Shown here piece after piece: positions 26,797 through 40,100 of a DNA stretch of 64,000 nucleotides (positions within the stretch are counted from its first letter, which is position 1; each line of letters starts with the position of its first letter). This stretch comes from Lama guanicoe. Taxonomy: Eukaryota. The DNA is taken from the NCBI GenBank assembly GCA_013239625.1, contig MU054085.1, positions 172,666-236,665 on the forward strand, written 5' to 3'. The position numbers were made by a program, and so were the translations under genes. Under the pieces are notes generated by a model that ran no database searches, had not been told where the DNA came from, and was given only the letters and a program-made list of their open reading frames with translations.

Positions 26797-28012
26797 ATGG
26801 TAAAAAAAAAAAAAATACACACACATCTATCAATAGTTACCATAAACATCAATGAAATAATTGCCCAATCAAAAGACACAGAGTGGCAGATTAGATAATT
26901 AAACAAGAGCCTAAAATATGCTGCCTACAAGAGACATATTTTAGGGTGAAAGACACACATAGATTGAAAGTGAGAGAATGAAAAAAGATATTACATGCAA
27001 ATGGAAATGACAGGAAACTGGAGACAGCAATACCCATATCAGACAAAACAGATTTTAAAACAAAGGCCATAAAGAAAGATAAAGAAGAACACTATATAAT
27101 GATACAAGGAGCAATAAATGATGAGGATATTACACTCATTAACATATATGCAACCAATATAAATATATAAAACAAATACCAAAAGATATAAAGAATGAAA
27201 TTGGTGGCAACACAATAATAGTAGGAAAGTTTAACACCCCACTAACAATACTGGACTGATCTTCCAGAAAGAAAATCAATAAGGCAACGGAGATACTAAA
27301 TGACAAAATAGAACAGTTAGATTCAGTCAATATTTTCAGGACATTACATCCCCCCAAAACAGAGTATACATTCTTTTCAAGTGCACATGAAACATTCTCT
27401 AGGATAAACCACATACTCAGGCATAAAAGAAGCCTCAACAAATCTAAGGATAAAAATTATTTCAAGCGTCTTTTCTGATCACAATGGCATAAAACTAGAA
27501 ATCAACCACAGAAAAGAAAATGGGAAAAAAATGACTGATGGAGACTAAACTAAATAACATTTCAATGAAGAAATCAAAGAAGAAATTACAAAATACTTTG
27601 AGACAAATGACAATAAAAACACAACCACCCAAAATCTATGGGATTCAACAAAAGCAGTCCTAAAAGGGAAGCTTATAGTGATACAGGCCTCTTCAAAAAA
27701 CAAAAACATTCTCAAGTAAACAACCTATTTTATCACTTTAAAAAATTAGAAAAAAAAAAGAACAAACAAAACCTAAATTCAGCAGAAGGAAAGAAATAAT
27801 AAAGATCAGGGAGGAAATAAATAAAACAGAGATTTTAAAAAATAGAAAAATTCAATCAAACAAAGAGCTGGTTTTCTGAAAGAATAAACAAAATTGACAA
27901 GCCTCTGGCCAGATCACCAAGAAGAAGTGAGAGAGTACTTGAATAAACAAAATAAGAAACGAACAAGGAGAAATTACAACCAATACCACAGAAATGCTAA
28001 ATAAATAAATGA

Positions 28013-28080
<68 letters not shown>

Positions 28081-30660
28081 ATACTATGAACAACTATATA
28101 TGGCAACAAAGTGGACAACCTAGAAGAAATAGACCAATTTCTAGAAACATATAGTCCACCAAAACTGAATCAAGAAGAAATTAATAATTTGAACAGACCA
28201 ATCACTAGAAGTGAAAGAAAATCAGGAATAAAACATCTCCCTGAAAACAAAAGTCCAGGAGCAGATGGCTTCACTGGGGAATCCTATCAAACATACAAAG
28301 AACTCATTCCAATCCTTCTCAAACTCTTCCAAAAGATTAAAGAGGAGGTAACACTTCCAAACTCATTCTATAAAGCCACCATCACCCTGATGCCAAAACC
28401 AGAAAAAGACACTACCAAAAAATAATAATAATAATTACAGGCCAATATCATTGAGGTACATAGATGCAAAAATTATCAACAAAATATTAGCAAACAGAAT
28501 CCAACAGCACATACAGAAGATCATACACTATGATCAAGTTGGATTCACCCTAGGGACACAAGGATGGTTCAGCATATGCAAATAAATCAACATGATAAAT
28601 CACATCCACAAGAGAAAGGACAAAACCCACATGATCATCTCGATAGATGCAGAAAAAGCATTTGATAAAATTCAACTTATTTATGATAAAAACTCTTACC
28701 AAAGTGAGTATAGAGGGAACATATCTCAACATAATAAAAGCTATTTATGATAAACCCACAGCCAACATAATCAATGGTGAAAAGTTGAAAGCCTCCCAGT
28801 AAAATCTGGAACAAGTATGCCCACTCTCACCACATGTATTCAACATAGTATTGAAAGTCCTAGCCATAGCAGTCAGACAAGAAAAAGAAATAAAAGGAAT
28901 CAAAATTGGAAAAGAAGTGGTAAAACTGTCACTATATGTGGATGACATGATACTATATAGAGAAAACCATAAACTCCCCACACAAAAATTATTAAAGCTA
29001 ATAAAAGAATTCAGCAAAGTGGCAGGATACAAGAGTAACATATAGAAATCAGTGGCATTTCTTTACATTAACAATGAAATATAAGAAAGGTAAAGAAACA
29101 ATCCTGTTTAAAATTACATCCAAAAAATAAAATACTTGGGAATAAACTTGCCCCAGGAGGTGAAAGATTTATATGCAGAGAACTACAAAATACTGATTAA
29201 GGAAATTAAGGATGACTTAAAGAAATGGAAAGATATCCCATGCTCTTGGATTGGAAGAATTAATACTGTTAAAATGGTCATAGTACCCAAAGCAATCTAC
29301 AGATTTAATGCAATCCTTATCAAATAACCCAGGACTTTTTTTCACAGAAGTAGAACAAATAATCCTGAAATTTATATGGAATCACAAAAGACCCAGAATT
29401 GATAAAGCAATACTGAAGAAAGAGAATTAAGCAGAAGGAATAATCCTCCCAGACTTTAGAGAATACTACAGAGCTACAGTAGACAAAACAGCATGGTACT
29501 GGTACAAACACAGACATATGGATCAATGGAACAGAATAGAGAGCCCAGAAATAAACCCACACACTTATCATCAATTAATCTTCAACAAAGCGGGCAAGAA
29601 TATACAATGGAGAAAAGACAGTCTCTTCAGCAAGTGGTGTTGTGGAATGTAGACAGCCACATGTAAATCAGTGAAGTTAGAATACTCCCTCACACCATAC
29701 ACAAAAATAAACTCAAAATGGCTTAAAGACTTAAGCAAAATACAAGAGACTACAAACCACCTAGAAGAAAACACAGGCAAAATATTTTCTGACATAAATC
29801 TTAGCAATGTTCTCTTAGGGCAGTCTGCCCAGGCAACAGAAATAAAAGCAAAAATAAACAAATGGGACCTAATTAAACTTATTAGCTTTTACACAGCAAA
29901 GGAAGCCATAAGCGAAACAAAAAGATATCCTATGGAATGGGAGAAAATATTTGCAAAAGATGAGACTGACAAGGGCTTAATTTCCAGAATATATAAACAG
30001 CTAATACAACTTAATAATGAAAAAACAAAAAAACCCTATCCAAAAAATGGGCAGAGGACCTAAATAAGCAATTCTCCAATGAAGGCATACAAATGACCGA
30101 TAGGTACATGAAAAAATGTTTGATATTGCTAATTATCAGAGAAATGCAAATCAAAACTACAATGATGTATTACCTCATACCAGTCAGAATGGCCATCATT
30201 GAAAAGTCCACAAATAAAAAATACTGGAGAGGGTGTGGAGAAAAGGGAAAGCTTCTACACTATTGATGGGAATGTAGTTTGATACAGCCATTATGGAAAA
30301 CAGTATGGATACCTTCCTTACAAAACTAAAAGTAGACTTACCATATGATCCAGCAACCCATGCCTGGGCATATGTATAGAGGGAACTCTAACTTGAAAAC
30401 GTGACCCATTCACCCCAGTGTTCACAGCAATAGTATTTACATTTGCCAAGACATTGAAACAACCTAAATGTCCATTGACAGATGACTGGATAAAGAAATT
30501 GTGGTGTCTTTATACAATGGAATATTATTCAGCCATAAAAAGGAATAAAATAATGTCATTTATAGCAACATGGATAGACCTGGAGATTGTCATTCTAAGT
30601 GAAGTAAACCAGAAAGAAAATGAAAAATGCCATACGATATCACTTATCTCTGGAATATAG
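26797..30660 (+). pseudogene. L1 ORF2p (endonuclease/RT), disrupted
   Basis: [22 protein letters not shown] (RT catalytic motif), [20 protein letters not shown]; multiple frameshifts. Confidence 0.92.
28011..28081. repeat. (GAAA)17 microsatellite inside L1 ORF2
   Basis: Perfect tetranucleotide run preceded by (TAAA)3. Confidence 0.97.
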
Positions 30661-31319
30661 AAACATAAAGACACAAATTTACTTACAAAACAGAAACAGA
30701 CTCACAAAGAAAACAAACATGGTTACCATGGGGAAATGGGGTTGGAAGGGATAAATTGGGAGTTTGAGATTTGCAGATACTAACTACTATATATAAAACA
30801 GATAAACAGCAAGTTTATACTGTATAGCACAGGGAACTATATTCAATATCTTTTAATAACATTAATGAAAAAGAATACATAAAGGAATATATGTATGTAT
30901 ATGTATGATTGAAACAGTATGTTGTACACTAGAAATTGACAGAACATTGTAAACTGACTATACTTCAAAAACAAAAAAGGTTTAAGAAGCCTGATTTATG
31001 GTCTTTACTTCACTTCAATGGATCCTACAGATGGTCATACAACTTAGATTGATTATATTAATTAGATTGATTAACAGAGAAATAAGAAAAAAGTGGGGTG
31101 GGAGGAAACTCTAGAGATTTCTTCCTAAAAAGGTGAAAAATGTAACAGGAGTGGTCCAAAAAAGATAAAAATATTTAGATGATTAAGAATTATTAAGAAT
31201 TTAGATGATTATAAATAAAATGGATTTTAATGAAATTAAAACAAATATTTTGATACAACACTACCCCATATTGGTCCCCAACATTAAAGAGTCCCAAACA
31301 AGTCTACCCCAGTTTAAAA

Positions 31320-31457
31320 ATATATATATATATACACACACATACACACACATATACATATTTATATACATATATACATATTTTATGTGTTATATGTATA
31401 TATATAGTATATTTATTATATATTAATAATATTATATGTATATATAAAATATATATT
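31320..31457. repeat. (TA)/(CA)-rich low-complexity tract
   Basis: Read directly. Confidence 0.9.
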
Positions 31458-34007
31458 CAAGGCTGGAAATAAATTACACTGAAATACCTGATAGCAATTG
31501 CTTGGAGCAACAGTTAGGCCAATTAATCAGGTTAAAATATTGACAAAGGGTCTCATGTCCCTTGGCTCAAGCCCTCAGGAGGGACCCTGGAGCCTTTTAT
31601 ACAAAAATAGATAAAATGATCGAGAGATAAAAAGAAATATATCGGGATTCCTTGTAAAATCAGGCTTGTTCATGAGATCCTAGTGGAAACAAAAAATATA
31701 AAAGTTGACAGAATTAAGATAAAGTTCATATAAATTAGTATATTTACACGGGCTTTATATAAGATGGTTACATGTCTTTTGCCTCACTATATTGTGGGAT
31801 AGGTATTTTGTCTCCCTGGAAAATGCTTCTTCCCCTACCTGGTATTATAAGACAGGGCATATAAATTGACCCCTCGAACAATATTAATTAAACATACTAA
31901 AAGAAACCAACAGTGTTACCTGAGCCCACACAATGTGAAATTGAAACTGGGAGCTAATATTCAGGAGACAATAAAGATAATAATAGAGATTTTTGCTCTG
32001 AGATTAACCTGTGCACACTGAAAAGAGCCTCTGTTGAATGCCTTGCATAAATTTTTGAAAGCATGATAAACTGAACCCTAACATTCTAGAACACAGAACT
32101 CTTGATTCTTAGTTTAGTTGGAAATCACTAATATAAAAAAGTAGAGAAAATATAGTTGGGTAAATCAATCTTTTAATATCATTAAGGTGGCAAACCAGTA
32201 CTTTGGGGAATTAAAAGCAATTGTCTTTGTCTTGCAAATCTCTACAAATCAGAAATGTAAAGACAGCTCACAAAGTCCTGAGACTGGTAAAACCAGAAAC
32301 CAAAGGAAATAAAAGGTGGGGAAAGGCCTTTTAACACTCACAACTCCGGAAAGGCTCCCTTACCCAAAATCTAATTCACAGCTTCCTTAAGGATTTATCA
32401 AGGACAAATATAAATCTTAAAAGTCTTTTCCACAGTTTATAAAGCATTAATCATCTGAGCAAATAAACTTAACTTTGCAGGTGTTATTTATATATAGCAC
32501 TTCTATACTGTAATACCTGATTCATAACTAATTATTAAGGTGAAGTTAAGGGAATTCTAGTTTTTTCTATTTATATGTCTGTGTCTACATTAAGCATATG
32601 ATCTATCTCTACCTCTGGATAATATTATCAAAATTAAATTATAAAAGAGCTCTATTTAAGTGACTTCAATGCAAGCAATTACAAATGAGGTATTTCTAAG
32701 CATAAAGAAAACTGTTCAGAATGAATTTCATGTTCATGTTATCTAGGAAATATTCAATGTTAAATTAATATCTGGCATTAAAGCTAGCTTAAGCTTGTTG
32801 GCTTAATCAATACAGACATGTCTTACTTTTATTGTACCTTGGTTTACTGAAGGTCAAGAAGTTCATGTTATTTCCATTGCAGTGTTTGTCAGCAAGAAAA
32901 ATTAACTTGATATGATGATATTTTATATATAAGTTATAAAATAAACACAAATAAGATAAGAGTTCTCAGGTGAACTCTTTAGAATAATTATGTTTTGGGT
33001 ATGTCTATCTAAAATGGCTTCTCCAGATTTTTGGTAACTTGAAACTTTAGAGCTTTGCTAAGTTAAATTATGGAATTCATTAAATATCTAGATCATTTCA
33101 AATAAGGTAAAACTCTGGAGCATTGTCTGCTAAACAGGTCTAAGTTCACCTACTTTTGTCTTTTTATGAGAGGGGAACTAAAAATGTTTGGGTTTCTTAG
33201 ACACATACATGTCTTGTACCACATGGAGGAAGGAAACTATGCTATGAGAAGATACGTTTATGAATTGTTCCTAAGTTTTCCAATCAGGAAATGCTGGTAT
33301 GACAAATAGTTCACAATTACTTGTTTTTGGTTTTCACTAGAAATTAAGGTTTTAAGAGTTAAGAATTCTAATAAAAATATAAAATTAAAGCTACTAGAAA
33401 TAAGAGAAACATTTCAGTATGCAAGGAAATTAAGGTGTGTGTTTTCAGCAAAAGAAGTTGTGAGGAATGGAAATGGAGTTTGTTACGGGAAAAGAAAGTG
33501 GTTTTGTCCCAAAGCTGGTTATTTTTAAATGGGAAAAAATGAGGGGTAAGCTAATATTGATGCAAAAAAAGTTGTGGAAGGCTCATAGAAAGGGAGCCCT
33601 GAGAAAAGAGTTCTGTGCATGGTCCAGCTAGGATTGGAATGATTTTAATTGGGGAACTGAATTTTATTATTGAGAGTAGCCTGGTGCAGAACTGGAGTTT
33701 GGTTTTATCTCTTTGTTAAGAGAAAAAAAATTCTCTTAAAATATTGAGCTGCTTTTGACAATAGATTGTGTGAGTTTCTTTGCCTTTAAATGGTCAATTA
33801 GAACCTTTAAAATCTTACTGTCACTTTGGTTAAGTAAATAAGTATTGTCTCACAGTAACCTATTATCCTATTTGACAAGATGTTTAAAACTTTTTGATTT
33901 ATTTTTGATAAACTTCCCAAATGTCAAATTCTAATTAAGGTTCTTCTGATCTCCAGTTAACTTTGGGATGCTTCAATGGGTTCCTGAAACATCCCCAAAA
34001 GAGACAT

Positions 34008-34486
34008 TGTTGACTGAAATAAAGACACAGCCTAAAAGTTGAGAGTTATGTTTTATGTGGTGGGAAAACTCAAGCTGGGCTGACATCCTCTCAGATCGCT
34101 CTGAGAGACTTCTCTGAAGAGGTAGGGGAGGAGCCAGGATATATAGGAGTTTCACAACAAAGAGCAGGTAGTTGGAACATCAAAAGATTGCTTGTTAACT
34201 GAAGAAAATCAGACATATTTAGTTAAAAAAATTAGCACTTTTCTATGTAAGGGAGGAAGTAAGCATTTGGGCTCGATGAACTCATTCCTTTGACAAGCAT
34301 CTAGCTATGCAGGGCTAGTATCCTGTTCTTTCTTATTCAAGTCCCCTCAGAGTGCACCATTGTGAGTGGCTGCAGAGGCTGGGCTCCATGCTTGTCTTCA
34401 CTGAAGGATGGTAGCATCAGCTGATGACTTGATGGCGTCAGCATTCTTTGTTTACTGATATAGTTTGCAGTATTTTTTTGTTCACA
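34008..34486 (-). mobile_element. Solo LTR related to the host provirus LTRs, antisense
   Basis: TG...CA termini; TSD acat/atat. The reverse complement shares tcagtaaacaaagaatg and tttagg.tgtgt...ttcagtcaaca with the host LTRs. Confidence 0.88.
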
Positions 34487-35718
34487 ATATTAAACTAATT
34501 ATGGTATGTTAAATTACGTGGGAAATATTGTCAAATAAGTGGTGATAAAGCCTTCTTAGGTTATCATGTATGGGTAAATGTCATAATATTGATATTCCAA
34601 AATTTATATACAATTCCTAAAAATCTGATATGTCCTGGTGTAATGTTATTAGTCATAATTATAGTTATTATATTAAAATGTTGAATGTCACAGAAATTAC
34701 CAACTTTCTTGTCAATTACATTGTAATCAGATCTTTAACCATGGCATTTTAAGTCTTTTGTCATTTATAGACAATTATTGTTTTACTTTGATGCTTTTAT
34801 AAAATAAACATCTCCAAGAAAATTCATAAAAAGGACTTTTTGACAAATATATGTCTAATGACTTTTAGATCATACCATTGAACTGGATAAGACATTACAA
34901 AACTCTAATGGAAAATCTGACTTTATCCAGATCAACAGGAATTAATTACATGGGACTGAATGAACTGATAAATATGACCTATAACTTCATTATTTTTTCC
35001 TTGAAATACACTGGCTTTTAATCTTCATTTTTCAGAAAACCTTTCCTCTTACTCTACAACAAGTTGATTAAGTATATCTTTGTAACTAAAGATGAGACAT
35101 TTATCTTTTTCTCTCTCCTTAATCCTTCCATAATTTGGCTTCTCCAACTGGCTCCCCTGTGGATTTGATGGCTTACTGCAACCAAATTATAACTAGTTAT
35201 GCTAATCATTGCTTTAATTTGTTCTCTCTTGTTATTTTCGAATTATGCCTTATGCCTCTCACAGCTGCACTATGACTTTATTAATTTTATTAACTGTATT
35301 ACTTATATTCTGTCTATTTTGTCTATTTTATAAGATTCTTATCTGTTGCATTACCCAATATGTAACCAGTCCTCCAATAAAATTAATGGTGGCTAAACAC
35401 CTTGAGGTAGTTGAGCATATATCATATATATTTATGTATCATGTACATAACTCTATATAGAATACTTTTAATAGTGCAACTCTAGATACAGGAAGAAACA
35501 AAGGGGGAAACATTTCCTCAATCACAATAGACTAGCAAAACAAGTGACCCAGAGAATATTAGATTATCAATAGGGCCTAATCCAAGACATAGCACTTTGA
35601 GTGGTGTATCAACGAAATCTTCATCTGACCTCGGGATGAAACTTCCTAGGGCTGTGGGACAAATTGGTCATGAAATGCCTCTCAAACTTTGGTCAAGTTT
35701 ATGACCAAGAGGAGGTGC

Positions 35719-36189
35719 TTTGGACCAAAAAAATATGTATATATATTGCCTGCTATTTCAGTAAACAAAGAATGTTGCCCACAATCAAGCCATGAGCCAT
35801 TGCAGCAGCCCTGATGGTGCACTCAGGAGAATTCAGGATGAAGGAGATCAGAATACAGGCCCTAGACAGTTAAGATGCATATCAAAGGGATAATTTCAAT
35901 GAGCCCAGACTCTGGAATATTCTCACACATAGAAAAATGCACTAAAATCAATAACTGGAGCTGTCTTTTTTTGTGTGACTAGTGTAACTTTTTTATGTTG
36001 GTTACATGGTTTTTGGTCTTGTTTTTGTTTTGCAGCAAAAAGGCTATATACCCTGGCTCCTCCCTTATTGCTTCGGAACAGTTCCTCAGAGCTACCTGAG
36101 AGGCTGTATCCTGGGCTGTAGTCTTCAGGAAGGTCACCGGATAAAATAAAATTCTCAGCTTTTAGGTTGTGTATTTTTTTCAGTCAATA
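35719..36189 (+). repeat. 3' LTR of provirus
   Basis: Preceded by PPT-like aagaggagg; homologous to 22460-22917. Confidence 0.88.
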
Positions 36190-36229
36190 CTAGTTATAAA
36201 ATAAATATGCAATAATAGATTTTAAAATA

Positions 36230-38150
36230 TACTTTCAGTAATAATAAATAAGAATATGCATAATAAAAGTATATTTTTCCACAATAGCAACAGAAAGATA
36301 AAGTACAGAACAACCTAATTAAAGAGTGTAGGGCATTTGTATGATGAATGCATTTAATGCTTATCTGAGGTGAAATTAAAAACTTTAAAAGAGTGGCCTT
36401 ATAATGGTGAAATAATTATTTCCCAGTTGTTTTACATTTTAATGCAATTCCAAGAAAAAATTTTGTGAGATTTTTCTTGGACCATGACTCAGTGAGTCTG
36501 AAGGTCATCTGGGAGAATAAACTGGCAAAAGACTCCAGCAAGTCAGAAACACAGAAACAGATAGAAAAATGGCATGTGCATAGGATGGTTGGCAGTGGGA
36601 GGCATCTTCCTGCCCAATCAGATAGTAAAGTGAAGTCATATTGTTGCCATTGATTAGGTCCTTGCCTCATCACAGAAAGAATTTAAAGATGAGACACATA
36701 AGTTAAGAAAGTAAAGTGAGGATTTATTACGGGATAGATAGTACACTCTCAAGGGGAGAGTGGGCAGACTCAGGTGAGCAGCTGCCCTGAGTTTCTTTGG
36801 CAAGTTGGTTACATAGGGTGTAAAAATTAATGAGCAGAATATTCACTGTGGAGGGAAGGATTTGGGGTCATAGTCCCTAATTTTCATCCCAGCTCCACCT
36901 TTCTGAGGGGAAGGAAGGATTTTTGCTCTTATTTAGTCTGGATGGAAGTATCGCTGCATCAATGCATTATGGGTACTTCTAACCTACAAGGCTAATTTTA
37001 TTGAAATGAGAGCATAATGAGTAAATGGTTACATTGAGACGCTGAAAATTCCTGCCTTTTCTCATGTTTCTTTGTCGGCCTCCAGGAAGCTGGTCACCTC
37101 AAAATGTGTGATTTCTTATCAGTCCAGAGGTTCCTGCTTTGCTTTGTCTGCCCAAGGACCCTTGTTGTATGCACAATGTGTGGTTTCCTGCATTTGGCCT
37201 GTAATCCTCCTTTTTTGCCTAATTCCTGCCATTTGGCCTGTGACTCCCTTTCTCTGCTCATATTTAGCTATCTGCCTGCTCTAACAGTAACAACATAAGG
37301 ATAGGAAGATAGACAAACTAACTATAATAAAGTGCCTAGAAACAGACTCTACCATATATAAGAATTTAGTATAAAATATATGTGACATTATATATTTATG
37401 GGAAAAAGAAAAATTGTCAGGAAATCCTTCTGGCATAATTAGTAACCTATCTGGAAAAAAAACTTCATACAAAAACTTAAAGGTTATATATGTAAATATT
37501 TAATCTTGGGGTGACAGAGAACTTTCTAAACTTAAAATTAGTAGCAAAAATACTTAATAGACAAACTATATAAAACATCTGAATGTAAAAAATATCTTAG
37601 AAAACTTTAAGAAGCAAATAAAATATATTGGTACCTTATATTAAAGAGGTCATACTGTTATCATAGCACTCTTACAAAGAAATGTAAGAAATAATCAAAT
37701 AAACTTCAATATAAAAATGGGCAAAGGGGTTAAACCACTTGTAAAGAAATAGAAGTGGCAAAGAGAAAGATGAAAAAAATATTCAATTCATTAGTAAGCA
37801 AAGAAGTGCAGTTAGTATAATAATGTCATGCCATTTCCCACTCATCAATTTGTCAAATAATCAAAAAGTAGATATATAATCCCCAGTTGCCAAGGTGAAA
37901 AATCAAGCATTTCCACCACTGAAAAGAGATAAGTTTAGACCTTTCAGGAGGTAAATTCAACAATATGTCAAGACCTTTGGCATTAAAAAACAAAACAAAA
38001 CAAAAAAACTTTGCCTTGGAATTCCAATTTTAGAAATTTGCCCTATGGAAGTAGTTTGCAGAGACTTATGTAGAAGAATATTTGATATTTAGTACTTTAG
38101 AATTTTTGAAACAGATGTCCAACAAAGAGGAATTGGTTAAGTGGTTTATG
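36230..38150 (+). mobile_element. Ancient L1 (3' ORF2/3'UTR), interrupted by an LTR
   Basis: tttaatgcaattcca, aaaatgggcaaagg and attcaattcattagtaagcaaagaagtgca are L1-like phrases. Confidence 0.6.
36639..37286 (-). mobile_element. ERV1-like solo LTR
   Basis: Block ending ctaaca; AATAAA on the minus strand at ~36723; candidate TSD gtca/gtaa; interrupts old L1. Confidence 0.7.
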
Positions 38151-38161
38151 GCCGTAAATAG

Positions 38162-38464
38162 TGTGGCAGGCAGAATAATCACATAGGTCCTTAAATGCAA
38201 AGAAGAATCTTTCTTAGTCATATTCCATGGGAGGTGTGACAACAGAAGAATGGTCAGAGAGATTTGATGTTACTGGCTTTGAAGATGAAGGAGGGGGTTA
38301 ATGAGCAGGAAAAGGCAAGGAAACAACACAGCCCTGCCAACATCTTGATTTTAGCCCATGTCAGACTTCTAATCTACAGAACAACAAGATAATAAATTTG
38401 TGTTGTTTAAAGCCTAAATTAAGTTTGTGGTAATCTGTTATAGCTACAATAGAAAACCAATACA
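38162..38464 (+). mobile_element. MLT1 LTR, internally deleted
   Basis: tgtggcaggcagaataat start; cagccctgccaacatcttgattttagccc; aataaatttgtgttg...aataca end. Confidence 0.85.
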
Positions 38465-38648
38465 AATGACATATTTTGCTGTCAGTAATTAAAATTTATA
38501 TTGGTTAACAATTTATTTAGTTAAAGTAAAAAGCAGATTACAAAATTGTAAGTATAGTAGCCTAGTTCCAGTGATGAAATGCGAATAGATTGGCAATGAT
38601 TATTTCTGGGTGCTGTAATGACAAGAGACTTTTTTTCTCACTTGATTT

Positions 38649-38797
38649 CCTTTTTTTTAAATTTTTATTTATTTTTTGTTTATTTGGGGGGTAATTAGGT
38701 TTATTTATTTATTTTTTGGAGGAGGTACTGGGGATTGAACCCAAACCTCATGCATGCTAAGCATGTGCTCTACCACGTAAGCTACATCCTCCCCCCT
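38649..38797 (-). mobile_element. tRNA-Ala-derived SINE (Vic-1-like)
   Basis: Reverse complement matches 14636-14780. TSD acttgattt at 38640-38648 and 38798-38806. Confidence 0.9.
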
Positions 38798-38819
38798 ACT
38801 TGATTTAATTTTACTATTA

Positions 38820-40100
38820 AAATTAACTTTTACTATTTTCTATTTACTATCTTCCAAATTATCTCTTTCTTTTAATCAGAAGAAAAAAAAACAAGTAAGT
38901 GTTAGGTAAAATACACTTTAACTTATATTTCTCCAGTTTTTAAATAAACCTTAATAATCTAACTTATGATGGCTTTACTTTTTATGGCAAACACCTACTT
39001 CTATCTTCCCAGTCCTACCTAAATCCTTCTTTAATGCCTCTGAAAATTATTATTGTATTATTTTTAATAAAATATAAATCTCTTCCAAGATTTATCTTTT
39101 GGAATTTTAATTTTTCTTCCAGTTTCATTACTATAGAGCATGTGGGTGGAAATTGTATTTGACCAATAAAAATTCTCATTATCACTTCTTTTATACCAGT
39201 TTTTCCTCTTTGAGACTTTAATTTTGATCCATTCCTTCATTTATTATAATGTGTCTTTGCATTGATTTAATTTTTACTCAGGAAAAGGATCTGACTATTC
39301 TACTTTCAAAGTCCTTGTATATCTGAAAATATCCTTCACACATGAGTAACAGTGTAAGTGTATAATAATTATGTTGTAATATTTTATCCTAAGAATTTAA
39401 TATAGACTTTGCTCAAATGCTGTCTGATATTAATTGCCATCTACCAGAAGACTGAAGTCAGAGTAATTTTTGTTTCAGTTTATGTGTCTTTTATTTTTCC
39501 TGCTGGGATATATAAAGGGACTTAAAATTTTAACTTAGAATTTTAAAATTTACCAAAAAGTGGAAGAAATATTACTGAGTATAGTTTTATTTTTTTTTCC
39601 CCACTCACGTTACTTTAAATATGTGAGCTCATTCTGTGTATATTATGGAGGTAGATTCTTCTCGGAAAGTTTTATACTAAACTGGCTTCTTTTGCAAGAA
39701 TACTTGGTCTGTGAAGTTGGATTTCTGGCCTGTATTTCTTATTTTTTTGTAACTAATGATTTCTCTCAAATTTTATTTTTTCTTCTATTTCTTCTTTGTT
39801 CTAGAACAACTTGTGTTTTTCTTCTGTATGGCTGATTTGGCTCTTCTGTGTCTGTTCAACTTTTTATTATCTTCAGCATAATTTTAATTCTGAAATTGCA
39901 TTTTTAGTCTCCATGTGATTCTCTCTTCTCTCAGCCAGATCCTTTTTATGCTTTTGATTTTCTTCTTATTTTTACTTCTCCATTTGAGAGGCTCTTTTTT
40001 TTTTCTATATTAAGAAACCAATGTGGATATTTTCTGATTTTTCTCTTCTGCTAAATTAATACATCATTTTTCTTTAATTTCTCAGAAGAACGGTCTCTGT
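38820..40100 (-). mobile_element. Ancient L1 remnant
   Basis: T-rich strand with decayed antisense ORF1-like phrases. Confidence 0.45.

Larger units (their letters stand above)
23874..30978 (+). mobile_element. Full-length (~7.1 kb) inactive LINE-1
   Basis: 5' end gagaga...ccaagatg; ~1.6-kb GC-richer 5'UTR; ORF1; ~400-bp spacer; ORF2; 3'UTR; A tail. Many stops and frameshifts. Confidence 0.96.
22460..36189 (+). mobile_element. ERV1-like provirus with two LTRs and a decayed internal region, carrying nested L1 and LTR
   Basis: Homologous direct repeats at 22460-22917 and 35719-36189; PBS-like sequence after the first; purine tract before the second; 4-bp TSD ttag/ctag. Confidence 0.85.

Noticed and set aside
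26797..30660. Active reverse transcriptase or novel RT system
   Set aside because: Standard L1 ORF2 with many stops, frameshifts and a microsatellite insertion; the copy at ~49.5-53.3 kb is similarly disrupted.
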